The translations under genes and the position numbers were made by a program. From Haplodiscus bocki (Eukaryota), in NCBI GenBank assembly GCA_965655095.1, contig OZ296651.1, positions 117,614,001 to 117,678,000 of the forward strand: a stretch of 64,000 nucleotides of DNA, written 5' to 3'. Below the pieces are notes generated by a model, which saw only the letters and a program-made list of their open reading frames with translations, made no database searches and was not told the DNA's origin. Of the stretch, positions 1 to 12,700 are shown in pieces. The stretch's first letter is position 1; the number at the start of each line of letters is the position of its first letter.

Positions 1-745
1 TCGAGTTGACGCTAAAGAAATTATGATTTCATATCAACACGCTTTATCCAAAATCTAACTTCGGCAGTAGTTCAGAGGAATAACAGGTAGCCATATTTCA
101 CCCGTCTGCGGATAGTTTTTTTTCGACAATGAGAAGCATTTTTCACATAAAATTCAAAACTTTTTTTGAAAAAGTTCAAAACTCCGATATGTAGGCTTCA
201 GAACCAACCAAAATAATTCTTCCGAAAAACTCAGACAAAACAATTTGTGAAACGCGACAATTTTTGAACGGTCTGTAGAAGAGCAAAATTGTCCAAATCG
301 GACACACTCAAAAACGACATGAAGATTAAAGAAGCATCGTTTTAAAAGTACACGTTACTTCCACAAATTGTTAAAGTTGCTTCCACTAACCACGTTTAAT
401 GTTGACAAAAGCTCGAAATGTAGAGAATCGAAGTACTACTTTCACGACTTCATAAATGAAGGGCACAGATTTATTCGACTATGAGTACTGATTCGCCATC
501 AAGTTGGCCTTCATCATGTCAATATTTACGGTTGACGATTATTTGATGAACACAACTGTCTCAATTCAATGATGATTATGACTAGTAACTATTTCTCATC
601 TTTTTGTTCTCCAGAAGCATCAAACGTTCTATATACGTTTTGGACGACACATGAATGAAATTGTTACATAGAGGATGAAATGTTATGGCGCAGAACTTCT
701 TATTCATAAATTTTTCAAGTACAGAACACCTAACTGTACTTTTTG
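1..745 (+). pseudogene. Decayed C-terminal part of a protein-primed family B DNA polymerase (Polinton/Maverick-like) relic
   Basis: Frameshifted fragments in PolB order: VDAK (motif A-like, ~5), KYYFHDF...STDS (~431-497, YxDTDS-like), TSNY, IEDEM, PKLY-like (~730); paralogous to 16611-17345. Confidence 0.5.
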
Positions 746-1371
746 ATGTTTTGAATAAATCAACTGACGTGAAAGAGCACACAAAACCTATATCGTTCCT
801 CTGAAGCGCGGAGGACGGCAACGAGAACCACCAAAAAATGCTTCAAGTACATGACTCATAGCGCAATCCAAAGATTTGTTTACAAAAACTGGATTGAATA
901 AAAGGAACGGAACTGTACTGAAAACGTTCGATGTTATGGAAGCCGGTAACGGGTAGTTCTGCGGAGTTATATTTTAATTCAGCAGCTCATAAAGTGGAGA
1001 ATTTGTTACTTTACCATTCTGAGCTGGCTTCGGGAAGATATCGTCCGGAAAGTACGTTTGCCATCCTTCATTGCTGCCGTCACGAACTTTAACAAAAAAA
1101 ACAGGGAAATTACTATAGGTTTTGAGGAACATCCCCACTTTTAGTGTGTGAGGCGAACTCTGTACGTATCAGTTGGATCCGCATTGTGCGAGTTAATCTC
1201 GAGCCTGTAGAAAAGTATCGTAAAAAAAGAACAAACAACAGTTTCCAATTATAATAACAGCAATTTAGAATTGCGGAATATTCATCAGAATTGATGCAGA
1301 AAAAAAAGAAAGTTGGATAGAAAAAGCCCCGCTCTCTAGTAATTTCCACCGTTGCCTCCACTGGGTGGTCA
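1..1371 (-). mobile_element. 5' end (partial) of a further A-type Helitron-like unit extending left of the window
   Basis: Collinear, clearly homologous but diverged copy of 16607-17966 (e.g. GTTGACGCTAAAGAAATTATGATTTCATATCAA at 5 and 16611), ending in the same junction motif. Confidence 0.85.
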
Positions 1372-1427
1372 CGCTCTTAAGCCCCACAAAACCGTTTGCG
1401 AGGCGGGGGAGGGGCCCTGTGCCGAGC
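1347..1427. repeat. Unit junction motif J1
   Basis: CACCGTTGCCTCCACTGGGTGGTCA - 26 nt - GCGAGGCGGGGGAGGGGCCC..GCCGAGC; the same motif recurs at 17942, 34981 and 52020. Confidence 0.9.
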
Positions 1428-1940
1428 TTCATAAATCAAGTTTACACCTAACCGGACCCCCCCGAAAAGGAGACGATCTCGAAACCTAACCATACGATTT
1501 CGATCAAACTTTGCATGTGGATAGAGTCTGCCGATGTATGAAGATTTTTGGCACTTACATCATTTTCTTTTTTTTCGTTGGGGAGATATGACGCAATGAT
1601 CCTGTTTTTTGGCAGGTTTCGATGTATTTTTCGCAATATCTCCACACTTTAACCATAGCATTGGACTCAAATTTTTTCTGTGAAGCACAATTGTTGTGGA
1701 CTACCTACACGCCAAAAATTTTCGGCCAGGGCTTTTTGCCCTAGGAGATATGACCTTTCAAAGTTGTCAAAAATAGGCCAAAATCGACCAATTTGTCATT
1801 TCTCCCAAGTTGATGTTAAAAAGTGATGTGAGCCTTCGTCACAACGTGACGGGACTTGTGTCAAATGAAAGATAATTTTCCGACAAAAAAACAGTTTTGG
1901 TCAAATTGCCAAAAATAATGACGGCTATGACGATTTTTTG
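1428..1940. repeat. Conserved non-coding 3' subterminal region with recurring GAGATATGAC / GTCAT-type motifs in both orientations
   Basis: Homologous to ~18024-18560, ~35063-35600 and ~52103-52640 (CCATACGATTTnGnTCAAACTTT, GAGATATGAC, ATGACGGnTATGACG) although unit A is otherwise strongly diverged. Confidence 0.75.
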
Positions 1941-2687
1941 TGGAGGAAAAAAAACAGGTAAAAAGTCAGTTTCTCCTCTACTTCATCTGAAATCCGTCAA
2001 CTTTTTGAAGACGGGAATGAAGCTTTGCTGAAATTTCATACTCAACTATTAGGCTGGGAAACTGTCGGTAACACAAGTTTTAACTTGGGCCAATTCAAGG
2101 AAACTCGCTGCAGTTTTTTTCTTTCAATTCCAAATTATTTGTAATAGAAATTATGAAGATTATGTTATAGTTATACATAACTGTAGCAACTTTTTTTGTC
2201 TCAGCGGACATTGAATTAGATTTGAGGTGACTAGTTACAAGGAGCTGCACAAACTTTTTTCTGAATGACCCATTGAATTTTTAATGAACATTATACGTAC
2301 CAACAACAGAAAACAACTTAAACTGTGCTAAATAAAGTTCACTAGTAATACAAAGTGAAATCTCAGTTTAACTGCAAATGAATGGTAGCAACACTTGAAA
2401 ATTCAATTGAATGCACGTAGAAAAAATGCACTTCATGACAACTCTCTTTTTCTTAAACGACTATTGATCTTTTAATTTTGGGCAAACACCTTACGGTCGA
2501 ATGCCTTGTGACAGTCGATGTTGCATGCAAACAACTTTCGGTAGCTTGCTGAATGATTCACTGCACCTTGTTTTAATTGTCTCTAATACCTGTGTTGAGC
2601 CTGTACTTAATTTGTAACTGTAGTAAAAGCTATCACAACAGTGATTGATATAAGATTTGTTTGAGTTTTGTTGGTTCAATGAAGTGT

Positions 2688-3734
2688 TCATCTCATGTTG
2701 TTTGCATTGTCACTTGCCGGCAAACTTGCGTTAGCGTGAAAAAGGCGTGGTGGCTGGTTTGTATCGTCTCCAGTCCAGGGAATTACATTGTACTTCAAGT
2801 TCACAGGGATCTCAGTCGCTGGAGTGATCCGACAAATTCTTACCCTTTGAACATTTTGGGCAATGTTTTCTTCTGTCAAAGCAGTTTTGTAGAAGCCTGA
2901 CACTCTCCATCCACCATTGTTATTAACATGGTTAGCAACACGCATGACAGCTTCTCTCAAAAGTCCCCTGTCAATTGATGTGTATGCCGATCTAATGATA
3001 GCTTCCTCACAAAAAAGTTTGGTCAAAGACAAACTTTGCAGAATATCCCCTGTTAGAGGATCATCGTCTTGGTTCAATATGTCCTGACTAATTACCCTTG
3101 CTGACATTACCCATGCCGACAAAGTCGATTTTTGCAAACATGCACAAATGCTTTCGTTTTTTCTATTTCTTCTGTCGCACAAAAAACCTGAACAAGTCGG
3201 AAACACAGGAATTGCGTGCAGAAACGAAAGGGGTCGATGTGGGAGACAGAAGTGGAACGTTGCACCCGTCGAGGGATTCAAATCGATAGGAACAGGCTCC
3301 ATTGGCAGGTCGTCGGTAACTACCTCTAACGGAAGAGACACGTTGAAAATTGGATTGGTTCGATCGTTACCAAGGCAGGAGTTGGAAAATATTGCTTCTT
3401 TCACATCAACGATGGCACCAATAGTTAATTTTCGGTCAGCAAAAAGGAGTGAACTTTTCTGCGCAGAATCGGCTATTACTGCAAAGCATTCTCGCGTTTC
3501 CATTTCGCCGATGATGATTAGGCGATCATAGTTTGTGTCAGGGGTCAATCTTTTAGCTTTTACAGTTTGCGGTCGAAATAACTGTAGGGGACGATCAAAT
3601 TTTTTAAAAACCAAAACAACACCTCGGATATATGTGTTCTCACTGTTTCGCAAGAAATTCGAGCAGTTATTTGGGCCGTATTTACACGGGTGGTCATCAT
3701 CTGGAACATTCCCTTCAAGCACCATCTTACACAA
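2688..3734 (-). CDS. Element-borne uncharacterised protein (348 aa), C-x4-C-D-x8-C-x-C motif, possible OB-fold ssDNA-binding protein
   Basis: Open ORF clearly homologous to the 336-aa ORFs of B1, B2 and C (RGVVLV..K.D.PLQLFRPQ, PTCSGFLCDRR...CACLQKS, NGGW.V.GFYK); start uncertain. Confidence 0.8.
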   Translation of the reverse strand: MCKMVLEGNVPDDDHPCKYGPNNCSNFLRNSENTYIRGVVLVFKKFDRPLQLFRPQTVKAKRLTPDTNYDRLIIIGEMETRECFAVIADSAQKSSLLFADRKLTIGAIVDVKEAIFSNSCLGNDRTNPIFNVSLPLEVVTDDLPMEPVPIDLNPSTGATFHFCLPHRPLSFLHAIPVFPTCSGFLCDRRNRKNESICACLQKSTLSAWVMSARVISQDILNQDDDPLTGDILQSLSLTKLFCEEAIIRSAYTSIDRGLLREAVMRVANHVNNNGGWRVSGFYKTALTEENIAQNVQRVRICRITPATEIPVNLKYNVIPWTGDDTNQPPRLFHANASLPASDNANNMR

Positions 3735-5040
3735 CGCGGTTTACACAATGACATTTTTTTAACCTATTCAGGACGCAGAACTAAGTGTTCTCAATAAACA
3801 AAACAAAAAAGATGAAGTTGAACATGATCAAATACAACTTCATTAATTTTCCACGTTTCAGTGAGAATTGTTAGTATACATTAAAAGGTTCGATATTAAA
3901 GTTGTTGCTCTTTTTTTACATTGAAAAAATTTACATGATTATTTACATGATGCCACGCAAAAGGTGGAACTGACTTTTTTCAACTTTTTTTTCACGTTTC
4001 AACGGTCTGAAAGTTCAGTCAATAGTAAATGAGGGGTATGTTTGGTCTTAATTACATTCTTCAACGAACTTTCACTGAACAATCATGGCTGCAAATGCAA
4101 ATGAAAAGAGTATACGTATTGAAAACGTGTTAATTCAGGATAAAATTGAAGTTCTTTGTGGTAACCAGTCTAACATGAAACTAAAATCTTTTGAAAAATG
4201 ATTAATTCATTGCACAGACAATGATAGCAACTTGAAAGAAATGAAACAATCGACAGTTTTTTGACTTAAGCAAATGAAGTTGAATCGAAGCTACATAAAA
4301 CGATATTTCAGGGGAAGTAATCTGCGGAATGTTCCATTTCAATGAGAATTTCAATTAGGTACAAAAAATTAACAGAAATAAAAACAACGCCGAACAAAAA
4401 GCAACATTCAAGGGTTTAGCAGTATCCATGGGTTTAGCAGTATTCACTTTATGGAGAAACGTATGTGAAAGAAACTAGCATACATAAAAAACAACGCAAC
4501 ATACCAAATTCAAAGGTTTACCGGATTAAAATGACATTTACTCAAAAAATCATTGAATTTTGTTGAGAAGCTACAAAAAAATAAAAACTCAGATCACTTT
4601 ACAGTCGATTCCAATTGTATGCACAGTAAAACAACCAATAACTCCTATTTGTTTGCTGCATGATAAAATAGGAATATCTGTTTAATCGAATATGCCGAAG
4701 GAAGCCTTCAAAACCTTGGTCGTCCAGTTTTCCCACAACACTTTTGTTTCTTTTTCAGTTGGAAAATGATGTGATTGCTTTCAGAACCCCAGTCGACATT
4801 GAGCAGGTGTACGTATTCTGCGACGCTCTGTTAAAAGAGTGGGCATTAAACAATTACAATTGATCACAATTTTGTCGACCACATTATGAAAACTTTTCAG
4901 TCAACTTTGATATTTTAAAAGAAACTAAGAAGAAAGAAAACAAACACGCCATTACCAAAAAATCTAACACAGGGTACCATGTTAGAGACTGCGTTCATTA
5001 ATCAACAACTACTTCACGAAAGCTTTGTTACTTGTACTTA

Positions 5041-5807
5041 TCACAGGTCAGAAAAATGTGGTACAGTACCCAAAACTCTTTTTCTTAGAATGTACATCAA
5101 GTTGGAAACACCGTGACGAGATAAATGCACGCCATCCATCAAATTCCTCTCGGAGCTCATTTTGCTAGCCACCGACAAAAAATTGTATTGACCCGAAGAG
5201 TTTCTGAGTCCATCGTTCACCCTTTTGATATCTAGGAGGCAACGTTTGGATCTCATGACAAGAGCCAGACAGTATACTGTGTAACACATTGGAGTGGCCA
5301 GACGCACGAGGTACATAATGTCTCGAACCACCTAAGATTTAACAAAATTTTTTGAGGTGAACATGCACTTCGTTTGATTTTGTCGAACTTTCTTCAAATT
5401 TTGGAGGAAAAAAATGAAAATACTTTCAGTTTCATTTGACGCTCAGCTTTTTGATAGAAAAATTTTTTTCGCAGGGAAATATCACCTGCCTATCAATTCA
5501 TGCACAATGCACCTTGATGTTGCAATGAGTATTTTCCTGAAAATGTTTTCAGTCGCGACCAACCTGACATTCTGTTGAACAAATCACTCACTTGCTCAGG
5601 AGTTTTTCCCCGCTGTCTGCCCCTGCTTGTAAGTGCATTTGCCCCGATGAACAGAATGATTGATTCATAAAACGTTGTTAGGTTTCTTAAACAGTCAATT
5701 ACCGGATGGCAAGATGCCGTGGCACCAGGGAAAAACTTCACTTCCAGGTTTTCGTGCTTCCTGACAAGTCTTCTGCCAAGAGAATCAGCTATGATAAGAT
5801 GTCTCAT
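5041..5807 (-). CDS. SGNH/GDSL hydrolase, two exons (5807-5592 and 5331-5041, 168 aa)
   Basis: SGNH blocks IADSLG, FPGA, FIGAN in exon 1 and DGVHLS in exon 2; phase-0 intron CAA|GTGAGT...TCTTAG|GTG (5591-5332) at the same codon as in B. Confidence 0.85.
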
Positions 5808-6720
5808 TTAGATCTGCAGAACGTTGAAAAACAAAGACAAGGGGGGACGACAAAAAAAACGACAATTAACGATTCCAACATCATAGGTACACTATGATGG
5901 AACACAGAAGATAAGTGTCATTAGCATTAAATTGGAGTATAAAACGCAAGAGCTGAAAATATCATTGTTCCAAAAGCTCTAAATATATATTTGCTCATTT
6001 GAGTGTGTCTGCTTTTTGGTATAGAAGTTTCACTAAGGTTTCACTAAAGGTTTCACCTTGCGGTCGAAACAGGAAGAAGTACAAGGCTTTTATCATACAC
6101 TATCTGGGAGTATATCGTTATTAGGACAAACAAAAAAGAAAGTGTTCGATTAAGCATACGTTAAAAATGCAGTGCAAAAAGTTAAATTTTCTAATCAATC
6201 AATTTTACTAACAGTGGGCAATCAGGAACGTTCTTTGTTAAGGGGCAGTTTAAGAACACCTAATGTACCCATTTCAATGTTCCAAAAAGCATGTTGAAAG
6301 TGCAGCAAACTTTTTTCCGCAAATGAATTTTGTCGAGAAAGTTTTGTATTAAACTTACTTAAACGTTGAACTCTATGGAAAACAGTACGTTGGCTAAATA
6401 CTCTGTAGACTACTCTCAAAGGCGTCAGAAATCGAACAATTGAATTGTTGTAAATAGCAAAAGAAAAAACATTTAGAAATAACAAATTCAGCGTTCTTTA
6501 AACACAGCAAAAAGCAAAAACACACATACTAAAAACATTATACGTGCACCACTGGAAACCACCGGGGACATTGAAGATATACGTTGGACGTTTAAAAATT
6601 CATTTCATGTGTTGAATAAATAATGAACTTCAGGTTTTTTTGTGAGAAAGCATTCATTTCGTCACATTTCACAGTCGGCGAAGCATTTGATAAGTAGTTT
6701 GTCAGTGTTTCTCTAAGGTA

Positions 6721-9700
6721 CTAAAGTAATATGGGCTGATTACAGCAAATTGCCAATTTCAAGACATCTTCTTTATGAGGCCAATTTATGATTAAGTTTT
6801 CTGCTGTTGACAATGCATTCGGGAGGGAGATGTTCTTCTTCCTCAAGTTAAGCACTTTAGTAAGCCACCGTTTTTCAAAAAACCTTATTCTCTCCGTTGA
6901 GCTGCTTGGAAGAAAACCAGTCACGTAAGCACACAAAACCCAAGGTCTTCGAGAGGGATCCTGTGTGAATGATGCTCCCAAGCCAACATTATCTTCACGA
7001 ATTCGTCGATTGAGGCACATTGTTGAACCAATATATAACAAGTTGTTTTGCGGGACGCTCTGAATAAGGTAACAGTAGCCAACATTCTCCTGCGGTATAC
7101 TGATGGTTGATGGAAAAGGGTTTGTAGCACCATGGAAGCTCGTTGGGTCACGGGAAGAACACTTCTGGAGGATTTCGGAAGTCAGCTCCGACCACTGTGA
7201 CTTTTTACACAGCAAACTCAGAATGGCTCCTTCGTTCGACTGCTTCGATCCCACGAAAGTGATGTCCGCCAGTGATCGAACACGACTCATTACTACGTAT
7301 AGTTGCTCTGGCAACCAAAGTGAAAACTCTTGGGCTCCAACAATCTGCGTGGCAACTGTTGGGAGTGTTTCGCCCATAGTTTTATGAATAGTTGACGCCA
7401 CGTACAATTTGAGGGGGAATTGGATTCTGCGACAAATAGTTCTGTGGTTTAGACGAATGTTCACTCCAATTTCTTTTGCAAGGACAATACATCTCCAGGT
7501 ACTTCGAATTACAGAGAGTGGTGGAATGGATCGGCAACCAGCAGGTGCCAAGGCAACAGTTACTGTTCCGTTGTCAGCCAATGAGTCCAGGGAAACCAAA
7601 ACACAGAGTTTTCCTTGGAAAGCCATCACATTTGGCTTGTTAACGGTGAGTCGGAGAATTGCTCCAGGGAACAGAAACAACGATTGTGGCTCCAAACATT
7701 TCTTGTTTAAAAATTTTGTCGCCGCTCCAGAAGCTTCTATCCAGTTATCCGTACTTGACACACACATTTCATCTGTCGATGAACTTTCATGGAACTGGGA
7801 ACCACTGTCTTTCACTTGACAAATTTTCTTTAATGTCGCATATCTTTCTGCTGTGCGAGTAGCAAAAATTCTAATTGTATCATTTGGTACGTCATCCCAA
7901 CATTTTACGAAATTGCAATTTCGCTCAATCAAATTCCAAATTTGCTTTCCGATGGGAGGTGTTCTGGGAAAAGTTGACATGAGTGACAAAACTTTCTGAC
8001 CTGCTTCGTTTTGTATACGCACAAAGTGCTGGAGGAAACTAAAATGAAAAGTCGTTAAAGGGAATGAAGAACTGATCAGGCAACTTCCTTTTGGTGGAGG
8101 AAGTTGAAAAAAATCTCCTGTTGCAATGATTAGTTTCCCAGCAAATGGCACGTAGTTCGAGCAAATGATTTGGAAAACGTGGTCCGTGGCAGCCCAAAGT
8201 TCACTTGAGATCATCGAAATTTCTTCAACGAACAATACATCCAGATTCTGGAGAAACCGACTTTTGTCCGGTGATTTCTGCAAGCTGGACAAAGCTACTC
8301 GAGACAAAGAATTAACAGTTCCATTTTTTTCCACCGGGAAAGGAATGAGAGCGTTCAGATGCTTCCCACCTAAAGTAGCCGACCTTTCGGCCGCCAGCGA
8401 AGTTACCATGCAATTGAGTCCTTGACATATTGCATAACTCAGACCTCTCAGCATGATGAACGTTTTTCCCGTTCCTGGTGCCCCTGCAATGATTTGATGT
8501 CTGACGAAATTTTGTGTTCCTCCTCTGTACAAGTCCACCATTTCAACTAAATGTTTCAAAATTTCACTCTGTTCACAGTACGACTTCACTGTCTGGCCAG
8601 GATGTCTACCAAAGTCCGGTTTCCAAACAACGGGTGCAGTTAGGGAAGAGTCTATCATACTTTCTTCGCTTGGAAGTCCCATTTGACATGTGTGTAAGAA
8701 CTCTACCAATCTAATCTTGTTCATTGTCAAATCTACAGCAACATTTTCTTCGGAGTCGGCAGAGATAGTGCGATCCAAAACAGCTGGTACCCCGGATGCA
8801 AAATACAAATTGTTTTCTAACAGTGCCTCTCCTAGAACACTATTTGCCATCAACAAATACTTGTCAATGAGTTTACAGGATCCTGGCACAAAGCGGAGCT
8901 GTTGCAGTAGGTACCGGCGAGCTAGTTGAAGGACAACTGCTACAGTAATGTTGTTACGCTCGACCAGTTTGGCAGCTACAAAAGCTTCCCTGAAAGAGGA
9001 AACAGAGAGAATGTCCAGTTCGGTGTCAAACGAACCAAAAGTTAGCACAAAGTGCAAGAAGAACTTTGTTGGACTACTGGGCAGATTATTTGTGAAAACC
9101 ACTATGGCTTTTTGATCTGAGAAACAAACATTGTACGCTAGTAGTCTGGGGCAACTGTTGGTTCCTTGCAATTTGGGGACAATGTGTTTGCGGCACTCCT
9201 CTTTCAAAAATTCGTCCCTCGGATTATCACTTCTTGTTGCACAGAAATCAAGAAAATCAAAGATAGCGGGTGGGCGTATCTTGATGACGTATCCGAGGCA
9301 ATCAACCCAAAAGTCATTACACGATGCACGGCTCAACAAAATCTCATGACTACTTTTCCCTTTCGAAATGTTGTTTTTGAGTCTAACGAAGCAACTGAAA
9401 TAACTTTTCAAACTGCTCACAAAGAGAAGCTCCGGTGGTCTCAACCCAAAAATGGTCACTTTGTCAGGCGTAATCGAACTCGCTTCTACATCTGCCAACA
9501 ACAATTCTTGATTTTTTGTTAATTGTCGATGTTTTGGAAGCTTCAGGACGTTTTTCCGAATTCGAACAGCTCCGGCAAAAACAGCACTGAAGTTCATGGT
9601 GCTCGCAGTATATTTTTCTATCACTATTCCTGATCTGAATTCTTTGGGAACTGTTGGTACATGAATGAAATCTACGTTTGTGCAAACGTACGGCAACTGC

Positions 9701-12700
9701 AAAGCCCACCACAAGCATTCAGTAATGCTAACAATTCTTCCTGTTACAGATTTGCGTTTATCATCATCCGGACGTTTTTTGGTTACGCTGGATTGGACAC
9801 CGGCTATTTTTTCATTCACAATAGGTTTCGTTTGCACTTTCACTTCATTCTCACCAGCAGAGGCTAATATCTTTGTGAACGCCCGACCTTCCACACCGGC
9901 AGCATACTTTGCAACGTATCGTGAACACATTTCGTCGTCACAAATTTGGACGTTCGTACTGCTTTCGGTGAAAGCAAAGAAAGCTGCATTTGTTGGTGAC
10001 AAGTGTTCATTGTAAGCAGCAGGGTAGTGATGTTTTCCAGCTCTCAGTTCTTCTTCAACTTTGTCCGTTGAAGAGTTAGGGTCAATATAGGACAATTTCA
10101 TGCTTCTCAGCAGGTCCCAAGTTTCTTTGGAGTAATTAGGTTGTATTTCCTTGTAAGAGAACCCAACTGATGCAGGATATTTAGGTACCCTACACACTGG
10201 CTTTCCCGACCAATCAGTTTTCTTTTTACATCTATTTTTTCCCTTGCCACAATCGTGCCGTTGGTATTTTTGGAAAAGTTTTCCCAACCGGAACCGTTCT
10301 CTATCCGATAATGCTGGACAACATTTGCTCAAGGCGCCCATGAATGTTTCTTTCGAACAGCAGACTCGGGATTGAACTTCCGGACCAAACTTGTTTTCTC
10401 CGGTACACACTAGTGCATGGATGTGTGGAAAGGCCGAAGTTTCATCTTGCCACTCGTATCTCATCCATAAGTGAGAGATTGGTCCCAAAGGTTGCTCGGC
10501 CGAACACTTCAACCATTGCATTACATACAGTGAGGCGCGATGCCAACATCTAAGCATAGGCATTAATTCACTTTGTATTACAGATAGTCTCAGTTCTTTC
10601 GATGTAATATCGGGCGGGTAAAGTTTGTCAATAGCCTGGAAAATTTTCCGCAAGCCAGGGTGAGTAGATTGCCCACATGTGTATGTAACAAAATAAGTGG
10701 GGTTTTTATCTCTAATGAGTGCTGCTACTTCGCAGACATTTTTCCGGGATTCTGCACAATCGAACTTGAACGTTTCATCGGAAAAGTACTGCTAATTAGT
10801 AGGCGCACTGCCCAATTCTTGCCAGCCTCTGTTCAACACAATCCGAATATCAGTTTTACTCAATTGTAAGTTTAAAAGACAGTCAAAAACGAACTGAAGA
10901 TATGATGCGTGACTGGAGGTTAAAAGCGACCCATCAGTGATGCGAGTTCGCAGCATGTTCTCTAAACCTGCAAACCCCACTTGTTTGTTGTATTTTTCGG
11001 ATTGGAACAGGGATATTGGAATTGCTCCTTCAATGCTGCCATCGTAATTTTGGGACCAGAAAATAGAAGGAAAAAGCAGTCCTTCCGGTTGAAGCAAAGG
11101 CGTTGATGATGTCGAGGAAGCTGTAATGTTTTCCATGAAACGTTTCTCCTTAACGGTTAGGGTAATGGGATGAATTTTTTTCCTGTACAGTAAGTTGCAT
11201 CGAGAATTCAACAGTATGTGGAGAGGAATATTGTAATTTTCCTCACTGACAGCCTCTTGTACAGCAACAATGGCCCTTTCACCCGAACACACGTTCAATT
11301 TATTCATCACCATAGTTGCTACGTCGGAAGTCCCTTGTTAAAGGAACATCATGTTTGTCACAAATGAAAACTCCTTGACCGGTTAAATTACTGAGATAGT
11401 GCCACTTTACAGTCGACACTTTCTTAGAGTTAGTTCCTCGGTAGATTAAAAAACTCCAGTAGCCTCGTAGAATTTTTTCTATTAAGGTCTCAGGTGACTC
11501 CAACAAAGGTTCAGCAAACTTGTTAGCTTTCAGTGTACGCCAAAAAATGCAGAAGGGACCACCATGCCGAAGCAAAATTACAGCGTCTGTACCCCGAGAA
11601 CCACAACCACATCCCACAAGCTCAAATTGGACATCAAACACGATGATATTGCGAGGTGGGTTGACCTTGTTCCTCAAACTGTTCACATCAGTTGTTGTAG
11701 CAATCACGTGCTTCGTATCCATGGTTACGTCGCGCACAATTTTCTCAGTCAATTCTATTCTTTGGCTCAAATGCAGATGGCATAAGTCAGCACATAATGC
11801 ATGCAACACCACGCCACCCGCCTGAAAAAAGTTTTAAATCATGTTTGGGTTGTCATTGTTAGTCGCCGCGTTGTTCAATATACTGTCAATGTCAGCTTGA
11901 GCTTGTGAAATACGCTGCAACTTGCTTTCTTTTCCAAACCCAGCAAATGTATTACGCAACAGTGGCAACAAATTTGTTGCCAAAACGTGGTTAACGCCGG
12001 ATACCATGGATGAACATAAAATTGGAGAAATGCAGCATGCTGCTTGAAGAAACCAGAGTGTATCTCCAGTATCATTGATCAGAGGAGGAGGTGAGCAACC
12101 ATGTTCATTGTTTGGTTGAGCCAAAGCGTAGCACTGAAGAAATTTCACATTACTCAAAAGTTCTTGTTCGTTTTTGTCCATCACTTTCGTCAATCGAATG
12201 CAGGTGTCAAGATCTACGCCGACATGCTCCGGCATTTTTTCCTTTTTCGGCTGATATTGAGAGAGATCAGTGGCGACATCTTCAATCAACTTACCTTGAA
12301 CAACCCATTGTCTAATTAAAATTGATATATCTGACCTGAAAAACATGGCGGTTTCTTCAACCTGGAACAAACGATTGCTAGCGATGTTCCAACGCCGTTT
12401 ACGTCTCAACGAAACAGTACTCATACCACTATAAGACCCAACGCTCCGAAACAGTTGATAGATGTGGCTAGCATAATTAGCCTTTAAGCTACTCACACAC
12501 GACAATGAAGGTGATACAATGGCTAATCGTTCCTCAAACAAAGTTGGAATTCGTCCCAGCTCCGGTTGCCTGGGGGATGCAAGAACTGTAACGCACATCC
12601 CCTGTCATGCGCAGAACAAGTTTGCACAACCAAACCTTCTTTCTCATGTAACCGCAATGTGGCAGCCACTAGAAACGTCTTTAAGCACATCAAAGGGCGC

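Noticed and set aside
4412-6056. Short tandem duplications GGGTTTAGCAGTAT x2 (4412) and GTTTCAC x3 (6027)
   Set aside because: Unit-specific slippage products without conservation
11822-11840. TTTTTTCAG acceptor-like site suggesting an intron in the unit A polyprotein
   Set aside because: The frame continues across a single TAA and is collinear with the intronless B and C ORFs, so a nonsense mutation is simpler
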